DNA from: Cyanophora paradoxa CCMP329
Lineage: Eukaryota; Plantae; Glaucophyta
DNA: 64,000 nucleotides
Assembly (NCBI GenBank): GCA_004431415.1
Contig: QPMI01000095.1
Coordinates: 1 to 64,000, forward strand
Direction of reading: 5' to 3'
The notes beneath the pieces were generated by a model that was not told where the DNA came from, searched no databases, and saw nothing but the letters and a program-made list of their open reading frames with translations. Within the stretch, counting starts at the first letter, position 1, and every line of letters begins with the position of its first letter. Shown piece after piece: positions 23,041 to 37,000 of the stretch. The position numbers and the translations under genes are program-made.

Positions 23041-23256
23041 CATCCCTCCCAGTACCCCCCCAACAATCATATCACCCTTAAGCCCCCCAAGGGACTTACG
23101 GGACATAGGGGGCTTATGCCCCCTTGTTGCGAACTAGCCCCGACCTGTACCCCGGGCCAGAAAACCGGGCCGTATCTCCCGCAGGCCCCCCTAGGGGCTT
23201 ATCTCCCCTCAGTCACATACCCGACACTCCCGCCACCATCCCGTACGCGCCCGTCA

Positions 23257-25551
23257 TGATCCTTCCGACCGCCATCACCGGCTACTTCTCGGGCGCCCAG
23301 CCCAGCGGCGACGGCGCCAGCTCCTCGTCCGCACCCGCTAAGCCGGCTCAGCCCGCGCCCGCGCCGTCGCCTCGCCACAAGCGAGGCCGCCCTTCCGCTG
23401 CGGTACGTCCCACGTCTGCAACCCCTAGTCCCCGCCGATCCCCTGATCGCCGCTCAGGCGAAGCAGGCCAAGGAGAAGGAGAAGCTCGTCGCCAAAGAGG
23501 TCCCCAAGCCGAGCGCTGCCCCCGATCAGGAGGCCCCCAAGCCGGGCGACGCCCACGTCTCGACCATGGCGGCCGCCCCGGCGCCCGCCACCGGCCAGGT
23601 CCGCCTATCGCGCCCGGCCCGCGTACTCACGCTCACGTACACCCGTAGGCGCAGCTCAAAACGAACGGCCGCGCCGCCACGCACGACCAGCCGGCCCAGG
23701 TCCGCTCCCGCCGACCCCAATCGGACGGGGCCCTAGCCCGCCTCGCCCTCGCCTTGTGCTCACATGCCCGCGCATCCGCTCGTAGTATCGTGCCTTCGAC
23801 ACCGCGGCCAACCACGCCCAGCCCGGCCCGGCCGTCCCGGCGCCGCTTCCGCGCATCCCGCGCAAGGACGCCCACGGCAACTTCGTCGTCGCCACCAACC
23901 TCTCGGCCTCGCGCCACACCGTCGTCCTCTCGGACAGCATCGATGAGCTCCGGAAGCACCGCCACGAGGACGTACGCTCGCCGCTATCCCGCCCGTATCC
24001 GCCCGCCCGGAACGACTGAAACTCTCTCGCCGACCGCAGTACGCGGTCCTGATTCAGGGCGATAGCCACGAAGAACTGAAGAAGGTGCCCGAGCTGGTCG
24101 ACGAAGCCACGGGCCGCCTCAACCCGGACGCGCACCGTCGTCTGTACGAAGGCGCTGTGGCCATGCTCTCCCCCGCGCTCCGTCCCGTCGTCCGCGCCTG
24201 CCCGGCGACTACGCGCTTCCTCGGCCGCTCCCCGCGCGTCGCCCACGTCCACTTCGACGACGTCACGATCCCGATCCAGGTCGGCCCGAGACGCGTGCCA
24301 CGCATGCTCCCGCCCGCCCCTCTCTGAAATGCCGCCCGGGCAGATCCTGGCGGAGCTGACGGAGCGCCCGGAGCTGCGGCGCGACATCGACCCGTGCGAC
24401 GTCATGTTCATCAACTTCCCGTCCGGCGCCCGCCTCCGCGTCAGCCCCAGCCCCGCCCCTCGCAGCCCCGCTCACGCCACCGCCCCCCTTACGTCGCGAC
24501 GCCCGCCCGGCGCCTCGACAGGTGACCATCAAGCCGGACCTCTCCATCGCGGAGCGGAAGGCGGTCTACGCGGGGCTCACCCCGCAGGAGAAGAAGGACG
24601 GCGCCTCCTACCGCATCATCACCAACGTCTCCGATACCTACAACAACCTGGGCCTCCTCCGTATGGCCAAGGTCAGCTGAGCCCCGCCCGCCCCTCCCCC
24701 CCCCCAGTCGCACCCCTCCCTCGCGGCACGCAGGCGCTTGTCAGCGCTCCCGACTGGCATGACCTCCGCCCCCTTTTCTTCGGCCCCGACCGCAAGGCCG
24801 GTCTCTCGACCCGCCGCGGCACACGTTTCTAAACGTGGTCACGTCGGCGCATCTCTCGATGCGCGGTGAGCGACCCCGGCTCCCCGAACACCGCGTACCC
24901 CCCCGCCTCTGCCCCCCCCATGCGTAGACTGCCATCGCCCGCCCCAACGCACCCCGCTGACCCCCACCCTGCTCGCAATCCAGGCGCTCCACCTGGACCC
25001 GACAGTCGAGAACGGCAACGTCCGCCACATCATCATCCCGCCCCGCCCCGGCGCCGTCCCCTTCCTCCCGAACATCGCCATCATCGGCCGCGAGATGGTG
25101 GTCGGCCCCGACGCCATCTACGCTGACGAGATCGCGCTGCGGGCGGCGGCGGGCTCCGACGAGCTCGCCCACATCCACCGGGTCTACTACCCGGACGGCA
25201 TCGGCGGCCGCGTCTCCCGCCGTGCGGGCACCACCGCCCACGCCCGCCACCTCAACGCCGTCTCCGCCGTCCTCCGCGGCGTCCCCATCGAGGAGGCCCT
25301 CAAGGAGGTCGCCGCCGCGGCCGCCCGCTCCCGCAAGCGCAAGGCCGAGGAGGCCGCGGCGGACGGCGCCGCCCCCGCCCCCGCCCCGCCCCCGCCCCCG
25401 CCCCGCCCCCGCCGCGGCGAACGCCTCGGCGAACGCAGGCGCGGCGGCCCGGCTCCTCGCGCTCCTCCAGCGCGACCCCTCGGCCATCGCCCGCCACCCC
25501 TCGCTCCAGGCGATCGTGGCGTCCATTGAGGACGACGCGGCGGCGGCGTAG
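23257..25551 (+). CDS. Multi-exon gene of unknown function (possible internal stop at ~24830)
   Basis: Coding-like GC3-rich segments separated by short GT..CAG introns (e.g. EELKKVPELVDEATGRL, ILAELTERPELRRDIDP, MVVGPDAIYADEIAL). Confidence 0.45.
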
Positions 25552-26519
25552 AGTCCCGGCTCCCTCCGGACGCTGAGTCTAGTGCGGAACTAGGCAGCCG
25601 GCCTCAGTGCTGAAACTAGGCAGTTGGCGGCGGCGCTCGGGCCGTGGCAGCTAGCTCTATTTCCCCCGAGACCCCCTTCCCCCCCTTTTCCTCTTTCCTT
25701 TACTCGGCCACTACCCTCCCCCCAGCCCAACCTGGCAGAAAGTGCCCCCCCCCTCCCCCCCTCCCCCCCCTCAGGGTCAAGGACAACCCCGATCCACGAC
25801 TTCCTCACGCTCCAGCTCGACCGCGGATAGCTAGGATAGAATAGCAAGACGTCTTCCTTCTATGCCGCAGAGCCCCAGAGCTAGCCTAGGCGCCCCCCCA
25901 GTCGATGAAAGCGACGGGGCGGCGGTTGTTGTCCTTAATACGACCATTGCCCGGTTGGGCTTTTGCAAAAAATGCATGTCTCAAGACTCAACTTGCAAGC
26001 TAATCGCGATCGCGAACGCCCTTCAGGGGCGGCCGTTCGCGGCGGGGCTAATGATGGCCGATTTTCGAATCTGGAATGGCGAGGGAACCGATGAGCAGAT
26101 TGCGGAGCACTATTTCAACGTTGGAGCCGCGTCAACACGCACGGCGGTCCACCTGCACCTGCCTTTCACCGACTGCGCGACTTCCGGCAACGGTACGCGG
26201 CGGGCCCTCGACAGCTCTGGCAACGGTCGGCATGCACAGGTACGCCACGAAGAATTTAATTCTCGCTTTTAATTTCAACCCGGCCGTGAAACCTCGCGAT
26301 CGCCGTAGGTCGACGACGACGTGTACTTCGTTTGCCCGGCGAACGCCCCCTCCATGCCCGTCCCGGCGCCGACCATCCTCGCGGCCGCTGCCGCGTCGGC
26401 AACGGACTTGATCGCCTCCGTCTCGTGGTCGGCTGGCCGCTTCATCGCCACAGTTGAGGTCCGCTGCGGCGGGTTTGGCGGCCCGTACCGCGCTGCCAAG
26501 TCCGTCGACGACCCCCCCT

Positions 26520-26610
26520 CTGGCTTCGGCCACCCCATCGGCTTCGGCCCCACCCTTGGCTTTGGCCACCCCATCGGCCTCGGACACCCCCCTGGCTTCG
26601 GCCACCCCCC
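26520..26610. repeat. 18-bp tandem repeat (GGCTTCGGCCACCCCATC-like, ~5 copies)
   Basis: Direct repeats visible in sequence; probably coding low-complexity. Confidence 0.7.
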
Positions 26611-29600
26611 CTACTCCGGCCGACCCCTCCCGACCTCTCGCGGCCCGCCTCGCCTCCGCACTCCCAGCTTTCTGCGCCACCTGTCAGTGCCCGCGCTCTC
26701 TCCACTCTGCCGTCCCGGCACCTCTCCCCGCCCTGCCCCGCATCCGCTGCCCACCCCCTACCGCTGCCTCCGCCCACTCCCTCTCCTTCCTCATATATTC
26801 CTCCTACCACCTTCTTCACCTCGACAAAACGGGACACCGATTAATCGGGGTCCTGGGGCGCAGGTGAGGAGGAGGGAGGAGGCAGAATGAGGAGGAGGAG
26901 GGGTGGCGGAGCGGCGGCAAGGGAGGGCGGCGGACTGCGAGACATTTCACTTCCAGGGCTCATGAGGGATGGAGGAGTTGATCAAGGGGTGGGCGCGCGG
27001 GTCTGGTTACGGCTATCACCGAAAACCATGGCTCCCCCACTCAGGCGAACCTCCCATATTGAGCGACCCATGGCCGGCACCTAGCTAGCACCTTCGGCTA
27101 GATAGTTGACCGGTCGGAAGGGCACGTCACGTAGAACATTGATACATGTGCCGTGGTGTATCAATGCGACGTCCACTTTTGCAAAAAAAAAATGCCAAGT
27201 CCGTCGACGACTCTGAGGCGGCCGGCGCAACCTTCTCTCTCGCCGTCGTCCCTTCGTACGAAGGCTCGTATCCGGTGTCCTGCATAGCGCTAGCTAGCAC
27301 GCTGGCAGAAGTCTCGTCGGCGCCCTCCGCGAATGTCACGGCGATCGTGCCAGCTGGCGGGGCGCTCCCGACACAATCCGGTGTGCCGTGCTTCACTGAC
27401 CAGCGTTCGCTCGCACCCAGTCTCACGCGACGCGAGCAGCCCTGCTCCCGGCCGGCAACCCCAAGGTCTACAACGTGTACAACCAGCCCCTGATCGACAT
27501 CGACGAGGACGTCGACCGGCAGCTCGTCTACGCGGCCCTGCTCCCGGGCTACCCGCTCGGCAGCCGGCGCGCGTCGGCCCGCGCGGCGCTCCTCTTCAGG
27601 ACGGGCCAAGACCTCGTCCACTGCGACTACGACCTCGAAGCGTCCCTCTGCACGGCCCTCCAGCGCTACGCAGTGCGCGCCGGCGCCGCTGCTCGGCTCT
27701 CCGGACCGATTCCGCCCCATCGTGACCGCTTTCGTGCATGCGCAGGGGGCAGTCTCAGAGAGCTCGCAGTTCGCGTTTTCGCCCATGCTTCCATTCTTGG
27801 CGGTCGATCCCGACCGCCGTTTCTCCCCGCACGCCCTCGAGGCGCATCGGGTACCTAGGCCTCCACCCCAGGCCGCCACGTCGCTGTCTCGACGCGCGTG
27901 ACGTCGGCCGGCAGGGTAATTGGATCTGGGCCTCAACGCAGGCGAGCAGGGCCGACCTGGTGGGGCCGACCCTCGAGGCGTGCCTCCAGCCGCCCTCCGC
28001 CTGCACCGGCGCCGCGTGCCACCACTTCGCGGCCCAGCGGTGGGCAGCATACGCGTTCGAGGAGGCGTGCGGCCCGGTCGCGTCTGCGTATGGGGCGGTG
28101 CGACCGTGGCCGCGGGGCGGCTGCGCTTCAACCGCCGTCGACCCGTACCGCTTCATGGACGTTGCGAGGAATTTTTCGCGAGACTTCCGCGTGTTCCGCG
28201 CTTTATATGAGCGGGGTTTCTACGATGCGGTGCGAGCGACAGCGTGAGCTAAGCCATGAACGGTGGCTCAGTTGTTCGCTTGCAGATGAACGGCCCGCGA
28301 GATGGGGCGGAAATTGAAGGCTGCGCCCAGAAGTGGGCGGCTGCTCTCGGATCAATCTCCATCTTCACTGCGACGGTCCGGAAATTGAGCGCGCATGTCG
28401 GTGACGCGCAGCTGAGCGTGCGATATCGATCGTCGCCTCATCAGACCGCCCCCGAAGCCAGTTCCAGCAGGCTGTCGCGAATCCAGGCGAGTCGCGCCAT
28501 TCGCTAGATGTGCTAGACCGCGAATCTAGACCTGATCATGATGCACCCGCCGCGAACCTTGCAGACGGAGTATCTGAGCCTGCTCGACTTGCAAGGGGCG
28601 ACCGGCGGCGACGTCGACAGCGGCCTCGGCTTCGAGCACTTCGGCGGCCGGTACCTCGCCGAGGAGTGCACGCCACGTGCGCCGCCCCGAGCGCCGCGCT
28701 CGCCGTCGATCCGCCGCCTCGCACAGTCCTTCCCGCCATGTGAATGCTCGCGCGCGGCGCAGTCTACGACGCGGAGCCGGCGTCGAAGGGGCGGAGCTCG
28801 GGGGGCTCGCGGGCGGCGGACGACGTGGCAAGGGCCTACGGGACGCTCGTGGCCGCGGACTTTGAGGCGCTCCTGCTCGAGGAGGTCCAGGTCCGTACGC
28901 GTGGCCGTACGCGCAGGCTGCCAGCGGTGCTCGCGATCGAGAGCAGCGCCGGCGCTGACCGCGGCGCGCCCGCCCAGATCTTCTCGTTCCCGCAGCGGGG
29001 CATAGCGTTCTTCGCCAGCTACGCCTCGTCGGGGCCCGTCGCCTCGCTCCCCCTCATCAAGGTCCGCCCAAATTCCACCACCGAGTCCCTGGATTAGATC
29101 CTTGGCTCACTGCTTCTGCTCCCGAAATCGGGCGCCGGCCGCAGGCATGCGCCCCCCAGTTGGGCGTTGCGCTGCTCGCGTTCCCCACGAGCCCCGCGAC
29201 GTGCCCCTTCGAGCTCGTCGGCGCCTCCGTCTGCCCCGGCCTCGACGTCGCCCACGTGACCGCGATCTTCTCCTGTGCGCCCTAGGCCTTGGAGCTGTAT
29301 TGCAAGACGATTAATCTTCGTCTATCTATGCATCGAGTTCATCGTTCGACCTGACGCCGTGTGCGCCGCGTGCGCAGGGGCCGTGGACGAGTCCGCCCTC
29401 CTGGAGCGCGCCTCGGCCGCGGGCGCCTCCTACAAGTACCGATCTGGTGTGGTGCTGCACGGGCCGCCCACGGTCCTCCGCACGGACACGCTGCCCCTCT
29501 CGCACCACTGGATCGTGCGCGGCGCCTAAGCCCCTGGATCTTTCGGAGGCTCCGAAGCCTCAACATCTTGCTCCTTCCGCCAGGTCCAGAACGAGCGGCC

Positions 29601-31023
29601 CCTGGTCGCCGGCCGCGGCTTCGGGTACCTCGAGGTGCGCAGTCGGCGCGGCGCGCGGCGGGAGCGCGCGCCCACGCGGCCGCGGCGCAGGGCCGCTGGG
29701 TCGAGGCGCCGGGGTCCCGGTTCAGCTTCTACGTCGCGGGCGACCAGGTGCGCAGGGTTCGACGGGATGCGAAAGGCTGGGGTGGTGTGGGGCCCTGATG
29801 CGCGCCGCAGGTCGTGCGGGTCGCGAAGGCGGACGGGTACCAGGGGGGCATGGCGGGGCGGCTCGACGGCAGCGTCCGCGTCTTCGGCGGCCCCGCGTGG
29901 CGCGGCACCCTCTCCAACTGGACCTCGGTGCCCCCCTGTCGACGGCGCCGATCGCGCATGCGCAACTCCCGATCTGATTATTCGCGTCTCGCATCAGGTG
30001 GCCGCCGCGGCCTACAAGGACGGCGTCCTCTTTGTCGTCCGCGAGGTCCACTCGGCGGCGAGCCAGCGCTCGTTCGTCTTCGCCACGAGCGACAGCCCGA
30101 GGCCGCGGCTCGTCAAGGAGAAGCGCCTCCACCGCTCCAACGAGCGCGCGACCTCCTCGCAGCTGCTCCGGATCCGCGGCGTCGACGGCCCCTCCTTTGA
30201 CGCCGAATCCGTCGCCGTTTCCATCGTTCTGGACAACTGGGTCGCGAACGTTGTCGGCGCCTACACCGTCGAGGACTACGGCGCCCTTGACGCGTTTGGC
30301 GACGGATTCGGGGTGTTCAACTTCTCGGGGCCCGTCCCCGAGCTGCCCGTCGTCCTCTTCGCGGTGTCGGAGCCGGCCACCTTGATCTCGCTCCACACGT
30401 ACCCCGGCACTTTTGGCTCACCCACGCATTGCGTCGGAAATTTCAAGCATTGCGTGGGAATTTCAAGCATTGCGTCGGAAATGAAGCACTGCTCGAAATC
30501 TCCACGCAGTTTCAAGCAGTGCGCCAAGTTTCACGAAACTGCGTCGCTCGACGCACTCGAAGTTTGACGCACTGCGCCGCTCGACGCAGCTGGACGCAGT
30601 GTCCGACGCACTGCGCCGGCGTATACGTAGCTATAGCCAGCAGCGTGGCCGGTACCGGTCGACGGTCGTCGAGCTCGTTGCTATGGGCCTGAGCTCGACG
30701 CGGCTCGACTCGGCGAGCTCGCCGAGAGAGAGAGTCGGTCGTCAAGCTCGACGGGGCACGCGTACGCGTGGCGCCGGCGCCCCTAGGTCGTACCGTAGTA
30801 CATGTGCGCATGCGCACACAGCTCAGCGCCCTCGTGGGGCCAATCCCGAGCCCGCGCGGCGCCCTCGTGTAGATGTGCGCACACTGTGAAACAGCTAGCG
30901 GCCTCGTGGCCGATCGTGCGCGGGCGCCCTCGAGCTCATCTGCCCCAATCTGCCCCGCCTGCAACTTAGGCTGTAAGGGCTTTACACAATACGCAATGAC
31001 CTGCAAGCGGCGTCGTCCCCCGC

Positions 31024-34000
31024 GCTAGTTGCCGAGAAAAGGAAAACTAACGTTTTAACTGCAATCAGCTGCCGAACAGCAGGTAGTACTGCTGTCCTGC
31101 CTGCGGCATCGTCCGCCGCCTGCGCATGCCCAGCCGATCGCCAGCAGCCCGCCTCCGGCCCAGGCAGAATGCGCCCTCGCCGCACTCGCTGCGGAACGTC
31201 GCCGCGCTCGCTGCGCTGCGCGCATCAGGATAAGCGGGCTCCTAGCATAAAGAGAGAAGTGGGAAGCAAGGGGACGTCTGCGCACCGCAGCAAGGAGAGA
31301 GCAGGAGGCCCGTCCCGCTTCCAGCATCCCTTGCCCGTGCCCGACGTCGAAGGCAGAGCGCTCGCTGCGCACGGAGAGGAATCTCAATCAAAAGAAGAGA
31401 GAACGCGCGCCAATAAACAGACCGCACCTGTCGCCGAGCGCCCACACCGAGATTGAGAGCGCCCGGAACGCGGTCGCCGCGACGGCGCAGCGCTCGCTGA
31501 GCTCGGAGCGTCAACCGAAAGAAGAGAAGAATGCGCGCCGGCAAACGACCGCACCTGCCGCACCTGCGCCCCAGCGGCCGCAAGCACAAGAACTCCGAGG
31601 CCGCGGCCGTCCAGAAGCCACGCGTCCGAGAACGGCACCCGCTCCGCTGCGCACGCGGCCGGCGTCACAAAAACATCAACGCGAGAGTAGCGGAAACAAG
31701 AGCGAGCACCTGGCCTGCGGGAGAAGACGCTAGGCGAACTGGATGGTGGTGCTCTGCTCGCGCGGGCCAGTCACCCCGTTCCCTGGACCGCCAGCGGAAT
31801 GAGGGATTGGGGCAAAGGAGATGAAACGAAAAAGCACCTTGCTTCGCATCGGCAGCCGCCTTCTCCTTTCTGCGCGAGCCGACCAAAAGAAGGAACACTT
31901 GGCGGCGGCGGCCGGGCTAAGAATGCAGATCAAGGGCGCTTGAAGAGGCAAGAACGACGCGTACACGAGCGCTCTTCGCCACGAGCGGGCGCCCGCCGCC
32001 CTGGGCATCGCTCTGCGTTTGAAATCAGGCCGGCGACAGGCGGGGACGCGAGAGGATGCAAGTAGGCACCTTCGAACGTCGTTCGCGCTCGAGGCTCGTC
32101 AAGTTCGCGGCAGCTGTGCGGACTCCGTTTGACCTGTTTGAAATTGTGGAGTAAGGGAGACCAGGATGCGCTGCGGTGGAGAGCCCAGCGCCGACGCACC
32201 GAGATTGCATTGCGTCCCGTGCTGGAGGCCGCAGCCAGTTCTTGCCCTGCGTGCTCTTCAAAGTGCAAGGCCGCGGAATTCGGGGTACACAGCTGTTGGG
32301 CGAAAGCGGCAGCGACACCAACAGCGATATCGATCGAGGATGCTTGAGGACGCCCTTCGGCTCAGCTTTCCGAGGAAGCCTGAGCGGTCCCATGCTCCTT
32401 CGCAGCTCGCTCGGCCGCGGTGCCGAGCACGTTGGCGGAAGCTCGCAGATGCGGCGCGCGGCCCTTTCGTTAGCTATAGCTAGGCGCATGTGGCCCGTGT
32501 TCTCGCAGCTGCATGTCTATGCCCTGGCGTGGCCGTGTTTCCGTGCGGCGCTGCGTTCACGGCCTGCCTTCCTCCCACAAACCGACGACGTGCGTCTATG
32601 CCGTGCCCTCCGCGTTCCACGCGTGACGTACAGCTCACTCGATTTCGCAGGGATCGCCGGCGGTGAGCCCCGTCGGCCCAGTTGGTTGGCCCTGCGCCCA
32701 AGCCGAGCCAAGGTGCGGCGGCCGCCTGGCCGGGAACGGGGGACAGGCGAACTGCCGCACGCTTCTCGCTGTTGATCTCTCCTTCGTAGCGGGCGATGGA
32801 GTGCCGGCACGCCGCTGGCGGCGAGCGCGCCCTGCCGAGCGCGTCGCCATCGCCGGGGGTGGGCCACCGGACCATAGCTTTGCGTCAGCGGCGCGCGAAC
32901 GCATGTCTCACGATTCTTGCTTGCGTTCCAGGCGCTGGATCGCGCGCGCCGTCTCCAGGCTCCGAATTCTGGACCCCTCTTCCACAGCTTGGTGAGGCTC
33001 AGGCCTAGACGAGGTGAGTTGAGCGGTCTGTGTGCGTACGCGTCGCTGACAAGGCGCTCCTGTCGCGCAGGATGATCGAGTCCCGGGGCGATGGTCGGAG
33101 GGAGCGGAGGGCGGCAGCATGGATTGCACGGCGGGGCGTAGGATCGGCGGGCGGCGGCCCGGGGCGCACGCCCCGTGCAGCCCCGTGCAGCCCCGCCGGC
33201 TCCCCGGCCCGCCCCGGCGCTGTCGCTTCGCCCGGCCCCGTCGCCGTCGCCCCGCCCCGCCCCGTCGCTTTCGCCCCGCCCCGCAGAGACGGTGCGCCGT
33301 GCCGAGCGCCCTGCCGGCACAGCCCGGCCTGCCTGCTGCTGACGCCCTCGCAGCTCTCGAGGATTTTGAATTTTCGAGGCGTCCCGCTGCCGCGGGAGAG
33401 GATCTTCGAGCGCCCCGCCGCCCCCGCCGCGCCGCACAACGACAAGCGCCCCGCGCCCGCCCTCGCGGCTGCCTGTGCACCCCGCGGCCGCAAGAGCCCT
33501 GCCGCCGCCGCGCCGAAGCGCCCTCGGAGTATGCCCTCCCCTCGCCCACGGCTCTCCCTCCCTCCCCCCTCTCTCCCCCCGCTTAACTTGCCTGGCGGGT
33601 TCAGCGAGACAGCGGGTGGTGGCACAGCTCCCTCCGGCCAGGTGGGAGACGCGGCGAGCGCGGCTCTCCGGGCAGGGTGGCGGCGCGGCTCACTGGGCGG
33701 GGCGGGGGCGCGGGGGGCGGCGGCGCAGCTCGCGGGGCGGGACGGAGGCTCGGCGGGCGGCGACGCGGCTCGCCGGACGGGGCGGAGGCGCGTCGGGCAG
33801 CGACTCGGCTTTCCGGGCAGGGCGGGGGCTCAGCGGGTGGCGGCGCAGCTCGCGGGGCGGGCGAGGGCGCGGCGGGCGGCGCCGCGGCTCGCGGGGCGGG
33901 GCGGAGGCGCGGCGAGCGGAGGCGCGGCTCGCCGGGCAGGGCGGAGGCGTGGCGGGCGGAGGCGCGGCTCGCGGGGCGGGGCGGAGGCGCGGCGGGCGGC

Positions 34001-37000
34001 GCCGCGGCTCGCGGGGCGGGGCGGAGGCGCGGCGGGCGGAGGCGCGGCCCGCCGGGCAGGTCGGAGGCGCTGCGGGCGGCGGCGCGGGTCGCCGGGCGGG
34101 GCGGGGGCGCGGCGAGCGGCGCCGCGGCTCGCGGGGCGGGGCGGAAACGCGTCGGGCGGCGACGCGGCTCGTCGGACGGGGCGGGGGCTCAGGGGTGGCG
34201 GCGCGGCTCGCGGGGCGGAGCGGAGGCGCGGCGGGCGGTGGCGCGGGTCGCCAGGCGGTGTAGTGCTCATGATGATCATGATCACTGATCATGATCATGA
34301 GGCCCAGCAAAGATCCCGGCCTTTTCACTGACTGGAGAAGCGTATCTAGGCTATATCAAAAACGCTAGAATTGATTTTGATAGTGGCAAGCGCTGAAAAG
34401 GTGCTTGTACCTCGCCAAGCAATAGTGGGCCCCAATTGCCAACACTTCATTTGTGCCAAGTTGCAGGGCAGCGCAGCCTCGGATCTGTCTTAAACCAACT
34501 TCATAATCAAATCCAGCGCCCTCGAGAACCCCCAACAGCATGCTCGCGGGCGTATGCAATATGGGCCCCGAGTTTCAATTTGGCTCGCAGTGAGGATCTG
34601 AGCACCCATGCATGCAGTGTTCATGATGATCATGAGAATTGATCATGAAGCCAGGAAAAGATCCCGGCCTTTTCACTGACTGGAGAAGCGTACCTGGACT
34701 ATATCAAAGGCGCTAGATTTGATTTTAATAGTGGCAAGCGCTGAAAAGGTGCTGGTGCCTCGCCAAGCAATAGTGGGCCCCAATTGCCAACACTTCATTT
34801 GTGCCAAGTTGCAGGGCAGCGCAGCCTCGGATCTGTCTTAAACCAACTTCATAATCAAATCCAGCGCCCTCGAGAACCCCCAACAGCATGCTCGCGGGCG
34901 TATGCAATATGGGCCCCGAGTTTCAATTTGGCTCGCAGTGAGGATCTGAGCACCCATGCATGCAGTGTTCATGATGATCATGAGAATTGATCATGAAGCC
35001 AGGAAAAGATCCCGGCCTTTTCACTGACTGGAGAAGCGTACCTGGACTATATCAAAGGCGCTAGATTTGATTTTGATAGTGGCAAGCGCTGAAAAGGTGC
35101 TGGTGCCTCGCCAAGCAATAGTGGGCCCCAATTGCCAACACTTCATTTGTGCCAAGTTGCAGGGCAGCGCAGCCTCGGATCTGTCTTAAACCAACTTCAT
35201 AATCAAATCCAGCGCCCTCGAGAACCCCCAACAGCATGCTCGCGGGCGTATGCAATGTGGGCCCCGAGTTTCAATTTGGCTCGCAGTGAGGATCTGAGCA
35301 CCCATGCATGCAGTGTTCATGATGATCATGAGAATTGATCATGAAGCCAGGAAAAGATCCCGGCCTTTTCACTGACTGGAGAAGCGTACCTGGACTATAT
35401 CAAAGGCGCTAGATTTGATTTTAATAGTGGCAAGCGCTGAAAAGGTGCTGGTGCCTCGCCAAGCAATAGTGGGCCCCAATTGCCAACACTTCATTTGTGC
35501 CAAGTTGCAGGGCAGCACGTGCACAGACTCGGAACTATCTTCAACCGACTTCATAATCAAATCCAGCGCCCTCGAGAACCCCCAACAGCATGCTCGCGGG
35601 CGTATGCAATATGGGCCCCGAGTTTCAATTTGGCTCGCAGTGAGGATCTGAGCACCCATGCATGCAGTGTTCATGATGATCATGAGAATTGATCATGAAG
35701 CCAGGAAAAGATCCCGGCCTTTTCACTGACTGGAGAAGCGTACCTGGACTATATCAAAGGCGCTAGATTTGATTTTAATAGTGGCAAGCGCTGAAAAGGT
35801 GCTGGTGCCTCGCCAAGCAATAGTGGGCCCCAATTGCCAACACTTCATTTGTGCCAAGTTGCAGGGCAGCGCAGCCTCGGATCTGTCTTAAACCAACTTC
35901 ATAATCAAATCCAGCGCCCTCGAGAACCCCCAACAGCATGCTCGCGGGCGTATGCAATGTGGGCCCCGAGTTTCAATTTGGCTCGCAGTGAGGATCTGAG
36001 CACCCATGCATGCAGTGTTCATGATGATCATGAGAATTGATCATGAAGCCAGGAAAAGATCCCGGCCTTTTCACTGACTGGAGAAGCGTACCTGGACTAT
36101 ATCAAAGGCGCTAGATTTGATTTTAATAGTGGCAAGCGCTGAAAAGGTGCTGGTGCCTCGCCAAGCAATAGTGGGCCCCAATTGCCAACACTTCATTTGT
36201 GCCAAGTTGCAGGGCAGCGCAGCCTCGGATCTGTCTTCAACCGACTTCATAATCAAATCCAGCGCCCTCGAGAACCCCCAACAGCATGCTCGCGGGCGTA
36301 TGCAATATGGGCCCCGAGTTTCAATTTGGCTCGCAGTGAGGATCTGAGCACCCATGCATGCAGTGTTCATGATGATCATGAGAATTGATCATGAAGCCAG
36401 GAAAAGATCCCGGCCTTTTCACTGACTGGAGAAGCGTACCTGGACTATATCAAAGGCGCTAGATTTGATTTTAATAGTGGCAAGCGCTGAAAAGGTGCTG
36501 GTGCCTCGCCAAGCAATAGTGGGCCCCAATTGCCAACACTTCATTTGTGCCAAGTTGCAGGGCAGCGCAGCCTCGGATCTGTTTAAATTGAATGACAAGA
36601 GATCATCACGCTCATGATCAGTGATCACGAATCGAAGCCGCGTCGCGCCACCGCGGCGCCCCGCGAGCCACGCCGCCGCCCGCCGCGCCTGCCGTCCTGT
36701 CCGCCTGCTGCGCCTCCGCCCCCCTGGCGAGCCGCGCCGCCGCCAGCCGCGCCTCCACCCCGTGCGGCGAGCCGGGCCGCAGCACGCTGCGCCTCCGCCC
36801 CGCCCCGCGAGCCGCGGCGCCGCCCGCCGCGCCTCCGCCCCGCCTGGCGAGCCGCGCCGCCGCCCGCCGCTCCCGCGCCCCGCCCGCCGAGCTTCGCCGC
36901 CGGCCGCCGCACCCTCGCCCCGCCCGGCGAGCTGCGCGCCGCCCGCCGCGCCGCCGCCCCTCCCGGCGAGCCGTGCCGCCGCCCGCCGCGCCTCCGCCCC

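Noticed and set aside
34292-36583. CRISPR-like array or repeated 68-aa genes
   Set aside because: Whole 348-bp units are repeated with no unique spacers; the ORFs are incidental
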